The position numbers and the translations under genes were made by a program. From positions 1 to 64,000 of the IMG/VR virus record IMGVR_UViG_3300048762_000252: 64,000 bases of DNA, one strand, 5' to 3'. The notes beneath the pieces are model-generated. The model worked only from the letters and a program-made list of their open reading frames with translations, was not told the DNA's origin and did no database searches. The DNA is from a virus (Duplodnaviria > Caudoviricetes). Positions 1 through 10,900 of the stretch are shown one piece after another; the first letter of the stretch is position 1, and each line of letters begins with the position of its first letter.

Positions 1-3000
1 AGACTCAAACTGGTCTTTCTAGAATCCAAGTTACCGCTGGACTGAAGATTCAAACTGGTCTTTCTAGAATCCAAGTAACCGCTGGATTGAAGACTCAAAC
101 TGGTCTTTCTAGAATCCAAGTAACTACTCCTGGAAAGACTCAAACGGGTCTCTCTAGAATCCAAGTAACTACTCCTGGAAAGACTCAAACCGGTCTTTCT
201 AGAATTCAAGTAGCATCGAATCAAAAGACTCAAACCGGTCTTTCTAGAATTCAAGTAACTGGATTGAAAACTCAATCTAGTCTCTCTAGAATTCAAGTAA
301 CTACTCCTGGAAAGACTCAAACGGGTCTCTTTAGAATTCAAGTAACCGCTGGACTGAAAACTCAAACTGGTCTTTCTAGAATCCAAGGTACCGCTGGACT
401 GAAAACTCAAACCGGTCTTTCTAGAATTCAAGGTACCGCTGGATTAAAGACTCAAACCGGTCTTTCTAGAATTCAAGTAACCGCTGGATTAAAGACTCAA
501 ACTGGTCTTTCTAGAATCCAAGTGACGACTCCAAAGATTCAAACTGGTCTTTCTAGAATCCAAGTAACTAGTGCCTTGAAGACTCAACTTGGTATCTCCA
601 AGATCGTAGTTACTTCAACGACCACAAAGACTCAAACGGGTCTCTCTAGAATCCAAGTAACTACTCCTGGAAAGACTCAAACTGGTCTTTCTAGAATCCA
701 AGTAACTAGTGCCTTGAAGACTCAACTTGGTGTCTCCAAGATCGTAGTTACTTCAACGACCACAAAGACTCAAACGGGTCTCTCTAGAATCCAAGTAACT
801 ACTCCTGGAAAGACTCAAACTGGTCTTTCTAGAATCCAAGTAACCGCTGGATTGAAGACTCAAACGGGTCTCTCTAGAATCCAAGTAACTAGTGCCTTGA
901 AGACTCAACTTGGTGTCTCCAAGATCGTAGTTACTTCAACGACCACAAAGACTCAAACTGGTCTTTCTAGAATCCAAGTTACCGCTGGACTGAAGATTCA
1001 AACTGGTCTTTCTAGAATCCAAGTAACCGCTGGATTGAAGACTCAAACTGGTCTTTCTAGAATTCAAGTAACCGCTGGATTGAAGACTCAAACTGGTCTC
1101 TCTAGAATCCAAGTAACTACTCCTGGAAAGACTCAAACGGGTCTCTCTAGAATCCAAGTAACTACTCCTGGAAAGACTCAACTTGGTGTCTCTAGAATCC
1201 AAGTAACTACTCCTGGAAAGACTCAAACGGGTCTCTCTAGAATTCAAGTAGCATCGAATACAAAGACTCAATCTAGTCTCTCTAGAATTCAAGTAGCATC
1301 GAATACAAAGACTCAAACTGGTGTTTCCAAGATCGTAGTTACTTCAACGACCACAAAGACTCAAACGGGTCTCTCTAGAATCCAAGTAACTACTCCTGGA
1401 AAGACTCAATCTAGTCTCTCTAGAATTCAAGTGACTACTCCTGGAAAGACTCAAACGGGTCTCTCTAGAATCCAAGTGACTAGTGCCTTGAAGACTCAAC
1501 TTGGTGTCTCTAGAATCCAAGTGACTTCGTCTCATTCGCAAACTAGTATTTCTAGAATTCAAGTTACTGCGCCATTGAAAACTCAGTTGGGTGTTTCTAG
1601 AATTCAAGTAACTTCGTTTCATTCGCAAACTGGTATTTCTAGAATTCAAGTTACTTCACCGCTTCAAACTCAGACAGGTATCTCCCGGCTTCGTGTAACG
1701 ACTCCTAGAACTCAAACTGGTATTTCGAGAATTCAAAAGACAGCAACCATCGCCACACAGTTAGCAATTGCACACATCTTGGTGACCACTACAGCGCAGA
1801 AGAATCAGACTGCATTGGCAAGAGTACAAAAGACAACAAGCATTATACAGACCGCTGTTGCCCATTTGGTTGTTACCAGCACAACACAGCAGACTATTAA
1901 TGGTGTCGCAAGGATTCAGAGCAGCGCACAAAAGACAATTGCAGGTATCTCGAAACTTGTTGTCACCAGTACTACGACACAGGTTCAATCTGCCACGGCA
2001 AGAATTACAGCGACAACATCACAGCAGTTGGGTGCGGCGGCAAGAATTCAGATTACAACTCCACAAAGCCTTGCTGGTGTCGGAAGAATTCAAGTAACTT
2101 CGTCTCATTCGCAAACTAGTATTTCTAGAATCCAAGTAACTACTCCTGGAAAGACTCAAACGGGTCTCTCTAGAATCCAAGTAACTACTCCTGGACTGAA
2201 GACTCAAACGGGTCTCTCTAGAATTCAAGTGACTAGTGCCTTGAAGACTCAACTTGGTGTTTCTAAGATCGTAGTTACTTTCACGACCACGAAGACTCAA
2301 ACGGGTCTCTCTAGAATTCAAGTGACTAGTGCCTTGAAGACTCAACTTGGTGTTTCTAAGATCGTAGTTACTTTCACGACCACGAAGACTCAAACGGGTC
2401 TTTATAGAATTCAAGTAGCATCGAATCAAAAGACTCAAACTGGTCTTTCTAGAATTCAAGTCACGACTGGATTGAAGACTCAAACTGGTGTTTCAAGAAT
2501 CCAAGTAACTAGTCCTGGAAAGACTCAAACTGGTGTTTCAAGAATTCAAGTAACTACTGGATTGAAGACTCAAACGGGTCTCTCTAGAATCCAAGTAACT
2601 ACTCCTGGAAAGACTCAAACGGGTGTTTCACATATTGTTGTTACATCCACGACTACAAAGACTCAATCTAGTCTCTCTAGAATTCAAGTAGCATCGAATA
2701 CAAAGACTCAAACTGGTGTTTCCAAGATCGTAGTTACTTCAACGACCACAAAGACTCAAACGGGTCTCTCTAGAATCCAAGTAGCATCGAATACAAAGAC
2801 TCAAACTGGTGTTTCCAAGATCGTAGTTACTTCAACGACCACAAAGACTCAAACGGGTCTCTCTAGAATCCAAGTAACTACTCCTGGAAAGACTCAAACG
2901 GGTCTCTCTAGAATTCAAGTGACTACTCCTGGAAAGACTCAAACTGGTCTTTCTAGAATTCAAGTAGCATCGAATCAAAAGACTCAAACGAGTCTCTCTA

Positions 3001-3620
3001 GAATCCAAGTAACTACTCCTGGACTGAAGACTCAAACGGGTCTCTCTAGAATCCAAGTGACTAGTGCCTTGAAGACTCAACTTGGTGTTTCTAAGATCGT
3101 AGTTACTTTCACGACCACGAAGACTCAAACGGGTCTCTCTAGAATCCAAGTAACTACTCCTGGAAAGACTCAAACGGGTCTCTCTAGAATTCAAGTAGCA
3201 TCGAATCAAAAGACTCAAACTGGTGTTTCAAGAATTCAAGTAACTACTGGATTGAAGACTCAAACGGGTCTCTCTAGAATTCAAGTGACTAGTGCCTTGA
3301 AGACTCAACAAACCGGTGTTTCTAGAATTCAAGTTACTGCTGGACTGAAGACTCAAACTGGTCTTTTTAGAATTCAAGTGACTGCCGGATTGAAGACTCA
3401 AACTGGCGTCTCTAGAATTCAAGTAACTAGTGCCTTGAAGACTCAACTTGGTGTCTCTAAGATCGTAGTTACTTCCACGACCACAAAGACTCAATCTGGT
3501 CTTTCTAGAATCCAAGTAGCATCGAATCAAAAGACTCAAAGTAGTCTTTCTAGAATCCAAGTAACCGCTGGACTGAAGACTCAAACCGGTGTTTCTAGAA
3601 TTCAAGTCACGACACCGTTG
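1..3620 (+). repeat. Coding tandem repeat array, 45-51 nt units (core AAGACTCAAACNGGTCTYTCTAGAATYCAAGT)
   Basis: Near-identical units at about 1-1650 and 2090-3620, with a degenerate block between; unit lengths keep the frame. Confidence 0.95.
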
Positions 3621-5399
3621 AAAACTCAAATCAGTGATGCTAGAATTCAGGTAAAAACAAGTCAAGATCTTACCGGCGACTCTAGAATCCAGGTCACATC
3701 AAATCAAGATCAAATTGGTGAAGCATCTGTTGTTTATTTGGAAGGTCAAAACCAATATGGCATGTCTCGTATTCAGATTACCACTGAACAAACACAGACA
3801 GGTCAAACCTGGATCAATAACCAAACAACACAAGATCAAACCGGCGACTCTAGAATCCAGGTTACATCAAGTCAAGATCAAACCGGTGACTCTGCAATTC
3901 AAAACACAACCAATCAAATTCAAATTGGAAATGCAAGATTCCAGATCACAGTAATTACTGATCAACTTGGAAAAACAAATATTTCTACTCCCGGTCAGGA
4001 TTGGAGATATTGCTTTGGAAAGTCTCGAATTCAAGTTACCTCGTCACTGAAAACCCAAGTGGGTGTTACAAGAATTCAAGGTACCGCTGGATTAAAGACT
4101 CAAGTGGGTATTTCTAGAATCCAGGTGACGGCTCCACTAAAGACTCAAGTGGATGTCTCTAGAATTCAAGGTACCGCTGGATTAAAGACCCAAGTTGGTG
4201 TCTCGCACATTGTCGTTACATCAAATACCAACAAGACGCTAATAGGTGTTTCTAGAATCCGAGTCACAGCACTAAAAACTCAAGTTGGTGTCTCCAGAAT
4301 TCAACTTACGGTTCCATTAAAAACACAAAGTGGTCTTTCAAGAATCCAGGTCACGATTCCAAAGATTCAAGTTGGAATTGCAAGGGTCCAAAACACACCG
4401 ACTCAAACTCAAGTTGGGGTTTCAAGAATTCAAGAAACGGCACCATTGAAGACTCAAGTTGGTGTCTCTCACATTGTCGTCACATTAACGACCAACAAGA
4501 CGCTAATAGGTGTCTCTAGAATCCAAATCACATCGCCAGTTCAGAGTCAGGTTAGTGTTTCTAGAATCCAAATCACATCGCCAATGAAGATTCAAATGGG
4601 TGTTTCTAGAATCCGGGTGACGGCTCCATTAAAGACTCAAGTTGGTGTTTCTAGTATTCAAGTTGGCGCTTCTGGATTGGAAACTCAAATTGGAATTTCA
4701 AGAATCCAAATAACTGGAAAGAAGAGTCAAATTGTTGGTGCTTCTAAAATTCAGGTATCTGCATTAGAAACACAAATTGGTGTTTCTAGTATTCGTAACA
4801 CTACAATCGAAGCATTGACCGGCGCTTCGAGAATTCAGGTCACTGCTAGATTGGTTACTCAAGTTGGGATTTCAAGAATTCAAATACTAGTTGAAAAACC
4901 ACAAGTTGGCATTTTGAGAATTCAGAGTACTACTTCAAAGATTCAAGTTGGTTTATCAAGAATTCAGATAACCAATTCCTTTGCTCATTTTGGAATTTCA
5001 AGAATTCAGATAATGGCGGCTGGATCGGAAACTCAAGTTGGGGTTTCAAGAATTCAGGTAACCATTTCAAAGACGCAATTTGGCTTATCAAAAATCCAAG
5101 CAACCACAATACAGACTCAGCTTGGTGTTTCAAACTTAAGATATAAAACTCAAACACCTAGTATTCTTGGTGTGTCTAAAATTCAGGCAACCACTGAATT
5201 AAGTCAATTTGGTGTTTTAAGAATTCAGAAAACCGCCGCTGGAACGACGCAAACTGGTATCGGTCGGATTCAGGTCAGAAATGCTGTTAGCCAGCTAGGT
5301 ACATCCTGCTTTACGCAAAGGAGCACTCAACAAATGACGGGTACCATTCGTATCCTATCTAACAGATTTGGAATTGTTAACTCAATGATGTGGCTATAA
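1..5399 (+). CDS. Very long repeat protein (15-17 aa unit KTQTGLSRIQVTTPG), probable virion fibre/structural protein; 5' end outside window
   Basis: Frame open from the window start; about 100 copies of a Q-x-G-x-S-R-I-Q unit; lies just upstream of neck gene 13, where T4 has gene 12/wac. Confidence 0.75.
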   Translation, partial: TQTGLSRIQVTAGLKIQTGLSRIQVTAGLKTQTGLSRIQVTTPGKTQTGLSRIQVTTPGKTQTGLSRIQVASNQKTQTGLSRIQVTGLKTQSSLSRIQVTTPGKTQTGLFRIQVTAGLKTQTGLSRIQGTAGLKTQTGLSRIQGTAGLKTQTGLSRIQVTAGLKTQTGLSRIQVTTPKIQTGLSRIQVTSALKTQLGISKIVVTSTTTKTQTGLSRIQVTTPGKTQTGLSRIQVTSALKTQLGVSKIVVTSTTTKTQTGLSRIQVTTPGKTQTGLSRIQVTAGLKTQTGLSRIQVTSALKTQLGVSKIVVTSTTTKTQTGLSRIQVTAGLKIQTGLSRIQVTAGLKTQTGLSRIQVTAGLKTQTGLSRIQVTTPGKTQTGLSRIQVTTPGKTQLGVSRIQVTTPGKTQTGLSRIQVASNTKTQSSLSRIQVASNTKTQTGVSKIVVTSTTTKTQTGLSRIQVTTPGKTQSSLSRIQVTTPGKTQTGLSRIQVTSALKTQLGVSRIQVTSSHSQTSISRIQVTAPLKTQLGVSRIQVTSFHSQTGISRIQVTSPLQTQTGISRLRVTTPRTQTGISRIQKTATIATQLAIAHILVTTTAQKNQTALARVQKTTSIIQTAVAHLVVTSTTQQTINGVARIQSSAQKTIAGISKLVVTSTTTQVQSATARITATTSQQLGAAARIQITTPQSLAGVGRIQVTSSHSQTSISRIQVTTPGKTQTGLSRIQVTTPGLKTQTGLSRIQVTSALKTQLGVSKIVVTFTTTKTQTGLSRIQVTSALKTQLGVSKIVVTFTTTKTQTGLYRIQVASNQKTQTGLSRIQVTTGLKTQTGVSRIQVTSPGKTQTGVSRIQVTTGLKTQTGLSRIQVTTPGKTQTGVSHIVVTSTTTKTQSSLSRIQVASNTKTQTGVSKIVVTSTTTKTQTGLSRIQVASNTKTQTGVSKIVVTSTTTKTQTGLSRIQVTTPGKTQTGLSRIQVTTPGKTQTGLSRIQVASNQKTQTSLSRIQVTTPGLKTQTGLSRIQVTSALKTQLGVSKIVVTFTTTKTQTGLSRIQVTTPGKTQTGLSRIQVASNQKTQTGVSRIQVTTGLKTQTGLSRIQVTSALKTQQTGVSRIQVTAGLKTQTGLFRIQVTAGLKTQTGVSRIQVTSALKTQLGVSKIVVTSTTTKTQSGLSRIQVASNQKTQSSLSRIQVTAGLKTQTGVSRIQVTTPLKTQISDARIQVKTSQDLTGDSRIQVTSNQDQIGEASVVYLEGQNQYGMSRIQITTEQTQTGQTWINNQTTQDQTGDSRIQVTSSQDQTGDSAIQNTTNQIQIGNARFQITVITDQLGKTNISTPGQDWRYCFGKSRIQVTSSLKTQVGVTRIQGTAGLKTQVGISRIQVTAPLKTQVDVSRIQGTAGLKTQVGVSHIVVTSNTNKTLIGVSRIRVTALKTQVGVSRIQLTVPLKTQSGLSRIQVTIPKIQVGIARVQNTPTQTQVGVSRIQETAPLKTQVGVSHIVVTLTTNKTLIGVSRIQITSPVQSQVSVSRIQITSPMKIQMGVSRIRVTAPLKTQVGVSSIQVGASGLETQIGISRIQITGKKSQIVGASKIQVSALETQIGVSSIRNTTIEALTGASRIQVTARLVTQVGISRIQILVEKPQVGILRIQSTTSKIQVGLSRIQITNSFAHFGISRIQIMAAGSETQVGVSRIQVTISKTQFGLSKIQATTIQTQLGVSNLRYKTQTPSILGVSKIQATTELSQFGVLRIQKTAAGTTQTGIGRIQVRNAVSQLGTSCFTQRSTQQMTGTIRILSNRFGIVNSMMWL

Positions 5400-5402
5400 A
5401 TA
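5395..5402 (+). promoter_or_regulatory. T4-type late promoter TATAAATA overlapping upstream stop codon
   Basis: Exact TATAAATA, 5 nt before GTG at 5408. Confidence 0.8.
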
Positions 5403-5407
5403 GGAGT

Positions 5408-6256
5408 GTGTTCTACATTTATTTAATCACAAATACGCAAAATAATAAGCATTATGTTGGGTTCACCAGCAAATCTGTTGATGTGAGATGGAAACAGCAT
5501 GTTCATGCTGCCAACGGTATCAATAAAAAATCAAGTTATCTCTTACATAGAGCTATTAAAAAATATGGTGTGAGTAATTTTACGGTAGAAACTATATTGG
5601 AAACACAGGATAGAAATTATGCTTTGAATGAATGTGAACCAAAATTTATTCAAAAGTATAATAGTTATTGGCACAACCATCAAGGCTACAATATGACGCT
5701 TGGTGGCGGCTCTTCCGTTGTTCTAGAAGATCATCCTAATGCAGAAGCTATTAGAGAGAAACTTCGAAATAATAGTAAGGGACATATTCCATGGAACAAA
5801 GGCAAAATAAATTTGTATTCAGAAGAAGTGCGCCGGAAAATGGGAGCATCTAATATTGGAAGAAAAGCCTCGGAAGAAACCAAAACGAAAATGAGTCTTG
5901 GTCGTCAAGGCTCTTTTAATGCAATGTACGGAAAAACTCACAGTGTGGAAACAAAGGCAAAACAAAGTCAAGTTAAATTAGGAAAATTTGCTGGTGACTT
6001 ACATCCGCTTTGGGGAACACATAGATCGGAAGAGACAAAAGCTAAGATACGGAAAAAACAAATTGGCAAACTAAATTTAGCAACGTGTAAAAATTATATT
6101 GTTTATCATCCCGACGGAAACATAGAAACATATAGGGGTATTTCTTTTTTTGCACAAAAATATAATCTTAATAAAGAGACAATTTACACATCTGTTATGA
6201 AAAAAAGAAAATTAAAAAATGGAATGAGGGTAATGATTTATGGCAAATCCAACTAA
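5408..6256 (+). CDS. GIY-YIG homing endonuclease with NUMOD3 repeats
   Basis: YIYLITN...HYVG...RWKQH motif, GYNMT, SEETKxKMS repeats; start moved to GTG after late promoter. Confidence 0.9.
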   Translation: MFYIYLITNTQNNKHYVGFTSKSVDVRWKQHVHAANGINKKSSYLLHRAIKKYGVSNFTVETILETQDRNYALNECEPKFIQKYNSYWHNHQGYNMTLGGGSSVVLEDHPNAEAIREKLRNNSKGHIPWNKGKINLYSEEVRRKMGASNIGRKASEETKTKMSLGRQGSFNAMYGKTHSVETKAKQSQVKLGKFAGDLHPLWGTHRSEETKAKIRKKQIGKLNLATCKNYIVYHPDGNIETYRGISFFAQKYNLNKETIYTSVMKKRKLKNGMRVMIYGKSN

Positions 6257-6983
6257 CCGTCAGGAACTTATCGACTGGTGTATGAGAAAACTTGGACAAA
6301 ATGTGATTGAGATCAACGTGGACCCGGATCAAGTTGAAGATCGCATTGATGAAGCATTTTTGATGTTTCAGCAGTTCCATATGGATGCTGTAGAAAAGGT
6401 TTGGCTGCGACATCAGCTTACTGCACAAGACATCGCAAACGAATATATTACAATTCCGCCTCCGGTCATTGCGATCACTCGTGTTCTGCCGATTGGAAGC
6501 TCAAATCAGAGTATGGGAATGTTCGATATCCAATATCAGCTCCGTTTAAATGATCTCTACACTTTTACATCTACATCAATCGTTCATTACGATATTATGC
6601 GTAAGCACTTGGCGCTCTTAGAGTTCGAATTTAATGTTGATCCTGGAATCCAATTTACCCGACACCAACAACAACTTGGTATCAATTGGGATTGGAAAAA
6701 TTCAGTTGCAGTTGGAAGTAATATAATCATTGAATGTTACAGAATTTTAGATCCAGCGACATGGCCAGATGTTTATAACGACAAATGGCTTAAAGATTAT
6801 TGCACATGTTTGATAAAACTCCAATGGTCGAGTAATTTGCAAAAATATGCCGGGGTTCAATTGATTGGCGGTTCCCAGTTAAATGGTACAGAATTGTATC
6901 AACAAGCTCTTGCCGAGAAAGATAAGTTGGAAGAAGTGTTGCAATCCAGTTATGTTTTGCCCATCGATTTCATTCTTGGTTAA
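6240..6983 (+). CDS. gp13: Neck protein (T4 gp13-like)
   Basis: ELIDWCMRKLG..VIEINVDPDQVEDRIDEA and WLKDY...KLQWSSNLQKYAGVQLIGGSQLNG motifs. Confidence 0.92.
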   Translation: MANPTNRQELIDWCMRKLGQNVIEINVDPDQVEDRIDEAFLMFQQFHMDAVEKVWLRHQLTAQDIANEYITIPPPVIAITRVLPIGSSNQSMGMFDIQYQLRLNDLYTFTSTSIVHYDIMRKHLALLEFEFNVDPGIQFTRHQQQLGINWDWKNSVAVGSNIIIECYRILDPATWPDVYNDKWLKDYCTCLIKLQWSSNLQKYAGVQLIGGSQLNGTELYQQALAEKDKLEEVLQSSYVLPIDFILG

Positions 6984-7012
6984 ATCGGCATTTTGTGTTA
7001 TAATAAAGTAGT

Positions 7013-7900
7013 ATGCCGAACAATAGAAAAACTCACGAATGGTTTGTAGAGCAAGCCGATCTCATTTATGGGAAAGACGCTTTCATATATTTGGAACGAT
7101 ATGAAACGGCGAGAAAACCGATTACAATTAAATGCATAGAGTGTGGTCGTGAATTTAAGCGAGTTCCAAATCTTCATTTAAGACAACCGCATGGTTGTAT
7201 TTCATGTGCTCAAATGACCGAACGATGCACAGAGATTTCACCAATTCAACATGAAATTTTGGAAGGATTGATTATCAGCGACGGTTGTGTGCATCGGTTT
7301 CGGCCTGCTGATAGACTGACCACGCCTACACTTCAGTACAAGAGTGTGGAATCGGAGTTTGTTGATTTTTTGGTAGAAAATCTTCCATTCAAAGAATTTT
7401 CTAAGCAAATTATAGAAGCTCAGGAAAATATTGACATTTGTGGTGTTTTATGTAATCAAAGACAAATTACTAAAATAGAAACCCGCTCAGATAAATCTCT
7501 TATTCCATATTGGGAACGCTGGTACAATGGCGAAGCAAAACATGTGCCTGAAGATTTTGTACTCACGCCGTTAACCGCACGAGTTTGGTTTTATGGCGAC
7601 GGCAGCAGTTCGATTTATTCAACCGGCGAAAACGATACTTCCAGAGTCACTGTAAGATTTTGTACTCAATCATTTACTTGGGATGATTGCGAACGACTTT
7701 GCGAATTATGGAAAGCCAAAGATGTTCCTTTTCATGTTATTAAAGACCGAGATAAGCCAATGTTAGTAATCAACAAAGCTGATTATGTTGACCGATTCTT
7801 CACATATATTGGAGAACCAGAAATAGAAAGTTTCCGCTATAAATGGAAATCTCCCAATCCTTCACGCCGAATTCAAACCACAGTATCATCAATCATCTAA
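7013..7900 (+). CDS. LAGLIDADG homing endonuclease with N-terminal Zn-ribbon
   Basis: ILEGLIISDG and VWFYGDGS motifs, CTQSFT, C-terminal YKW; TG-n-TATAAT upstream. Confidence 0.85.
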   Translation: MPNNRKTHEWFVEQADLIYGKDAFIYLERYETARKPITIKCIECGREFKRVPNLHLRQPHGCISCAQMTERCTEISPIQHEILEGLIISDGCVHRFRPADRLTTPTLQYKSVESEFVDFLVENLPFKEFSKQIIEAQENIDICGVLCNQRQITKIETRSDKSLIPYWERWYNGEAKHVPEDFVLTPLTARVWFYGDGSSSIYSTGENDTSRVTVRFCTQSFTWDDCERLCELWKAKDVPFHVIKDRDKPMLVINKADYVDRFFTYIGEPEIESFRYKWKSPNPSRRIQTTVSSII

Positions 7901-7939
7901 ATACTAATTCAGTATGAACATAGTAGGAGAACTATACCC

Positions 7940-10900
7940 ATGGCCATCTTTAGAGACATGCAAGAAACCGAATCTACGGACATCACACAGTACCCTGGAT
8001 ACGCCAAGTTATCCGGCGAAGAACAGAAGAAGGTGGCGGAAACGTACACCAATGTTTACAATAACAACCAGGAAAAACTTGGCTATAGAATTGCTCAAGG
8101 TATTGCTTTCGCCACAGCCAAGCAGATGTGTGAAGAAACCATTGGTCAAAAAATGACAAAAATGGCTGCTGGAAACAAATGTGTATGGTGTAAAAAAACA
8201 ATAGGTGCTACTTCAACATGCCCACACTGTAAGGGCGAACAAAATAGTCCTGAATCTTACTCAAAAAGAAAGGCTGTAAAGGCTGTAAGAGAAGAAGTAG
8301 TAGACGAAGCACGAAAATCCGGCTGGAAAAATGGAATTGGCAGAGAACAAACTGTTCATTACCAGTCGCAACCTGGGCATCCAGGAAAAGACGGATCGAG
8401 ATGTATGCCTGCGTGCGGAGCCGGATGGACATTAGACCATCTTCCAACAAATGACAAATCTAAAGTGACATGTGGTTCATGCTTACAAAAAGTCAACGGA
8501 ACAGGAATTTACAAGAAATCCATGCATGAAGATGAAATTTCTGAAGCAAGAGTGAATGATGCTCAATTTGCCAATCATGCTTCAAAGGAAGCTTGGAAAG
8601 CCACTACAAAAGCTCGAAAATCTCAAAGTTATGAAGACCATTTTCGTGCTGGTAAACTTCATACTGCCGCTGCGAAATTACATGACGACGCCGCAAAGAG
8701 CAAAGAACATCAAGGTCAAGCTGGTGTTCATTATAGCATTGCTGCGTCAAACCGTAAATATGAAAAAGGGAATCCAAATCCATCTAAGCATGACCCGAAG
8801 ATGTGGGAAGGGCAAGATCCCGCTCCTGGACTGATTGCCGATTGTGGGGATGCGATGGACGAAACTCAAAATCCAATCAGCACAAGAAGCGCAAAATATG
8901 TATGTGCTGGTTGCGGCCATTCCATGAGAGGTAGCACAACTTCTATGATGGGAAAACGGTGTCCAGCATGTAATTCATACAGTTGGAAATCTCCGGTGAG
9001 AAAAGAAGAAGAAGATATCGTTGACAATAAGATCAGCAAGCCGGGTCCGACATATGAAGCTCAAACTCCGTACACGTACCGAAAAGCTGAACCATTGCCG
9101 CATAGTGGTGAGACTGGTGGTGTTTATGCCAAGAATGTGCAAGATTTGGAAACAGAAAAAATACTTAGCAAAATCCGTCCTAGCAAAACAGTGAAAGAAG
9201 GCGATGCCGAAGATTTTCAAGCCAAGAATGATGCTTTAGTTGGAATGACGGAAGACGAAATCAATGAGTTCGCCATTTCACAGACCAGCAAGCGTTTCGT
9301 TATGAAAGACGGTGTGAAGCATCGTGTTATTGGTGTTCGTGATGGTGAGTTGGTTACGGAACCTGTTACTAAATCAAAACAAAATTATAAAGATGCTCAT
9401 GGTGGACATGATTGGGTCGATAATTATGGTATGAAAAAGGAAAATGAAGATGCTTTAGCCAGCGCAGCCAATCCTGAAGAGGGTGGCGCTGCCCAACAAC
9501 TTCGTCTCAATCACGATAAGATGTGTGCGGGTTGTGGTTCCATTCATCCAATTGATGTGATGTGTTTTAATGGTAGAACTCATTCCGAAGCTGGTATGGG
9601 ATCTGGAGACATCCTCAAACAAAACCATCAAGCAAAGGGTATGCAAGGAATGGACGCTGTTCAGATGAAAGTCGAAGAGTCCGATCCATTGATTTCCGCT
9701 GCCGCAAGTTATCTTACCAATCGTGCAAAGGTTTCTGGACTAATGGAATCTGTTCTTCCTGGCACGGGTGCTGGTGAGATTCAAAAATCAAATTTGGCAC
9801 AGAAGTGCCCGAACTGCGGTGCTTCAGCAATCGAAATGCACCAATTCGGTTCTGGTATCAGAAAGTGCGCTTGTGCATCAGGCGACTGTTCATGCAATTG
9901 TGGAGATGGCAAATGTAAGTGTGTTGATGGCGTCTGTAAGTGCGACGATGGAAAATGCATGGGCGCTGGAGACATCTTACAGCAGAATCATGCGGTAAAG
10001 GGAATGAAGCAGGCTACTATTCCTCAAGCAACTCCACAAGTGAAAGAAGATGAAATCGATGAAGCTCTTTGTCCGAGATGTAGGGGGAAAGGGTGTAGAC
10101 GGTGCAATTTTCACTTTGTCCCCAAAAAAGAAAAGGTTCCCCCACAGGTGAAAGAAGATGAAATCGATGAAGTTCACATTGGTTTCAAAAATCTTCAGAA
10201 AAAACTGGAAGGCAAAGGTCATAGCAAGGAAAGCGCCGGTAACATCTGTCACGCAATTATGATTAAGAAATACGGTCATGCCGTGCATGAAGATGAAGCA
10301 GTTTTTACTGAAACCGAACTTAAAGAATGGGAAACCCGTGGTGCTAAAGATAACATCAATCCCGATGATTGGAACAAACCAGAACCAAAACCAGATCCAA
10401 ATGAAAGAGATTGCTGGCAATGTAAAGCTGGACGGCATCATGATCTAAAAACCCATGAAGCCAATCTTCGAAACGAAGAAGAACTTATTAACCGGACATT
10501 TAGTGAAGAAGTAATAACAGAAGCCGAAGCAAGACTACAAGAATCCATTGAAGCAGTGTGGGTAGAAAATTTCTATCCGGCGAAGCCGATGGAAGAGCAT
10601 TGTGGTCATTGCAGCCATCCACAGTCATTTCATGAAAGTGATGGCTGTTCCACTTGTGATGAATGCGGTGGGTTTACAACCGAATCTGTAGATGAAAATG
10701 AAAAAAAGCATGAAATTTGTTTCTGTGGTCATGAATATGGTGGTCACGGAAAGGGCGGATGTAAGAAATGCAAACATGATGGTGTTACAGATGCCACTCG
10801 TGCGGCGCATCAGTTTCGTAAGAACGACTATCGAGAACGCTTTGAAGCGGAGTATGCAGAGATCTTTGCAGCGCAGCAAGGCAAAATCAATACCACACTT

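Noticed and set aside
1-3620. CRISPR-like array of regular repeats
   Set aside because: The variable parts are few, recurrent and frame-preserving; this is a coding repeat with no unique spacers or cas genes
936-3665. Minus-strand ORFs (SRETRLSL repeats)
   Set aside because: Antisense shadows of the repeat gene
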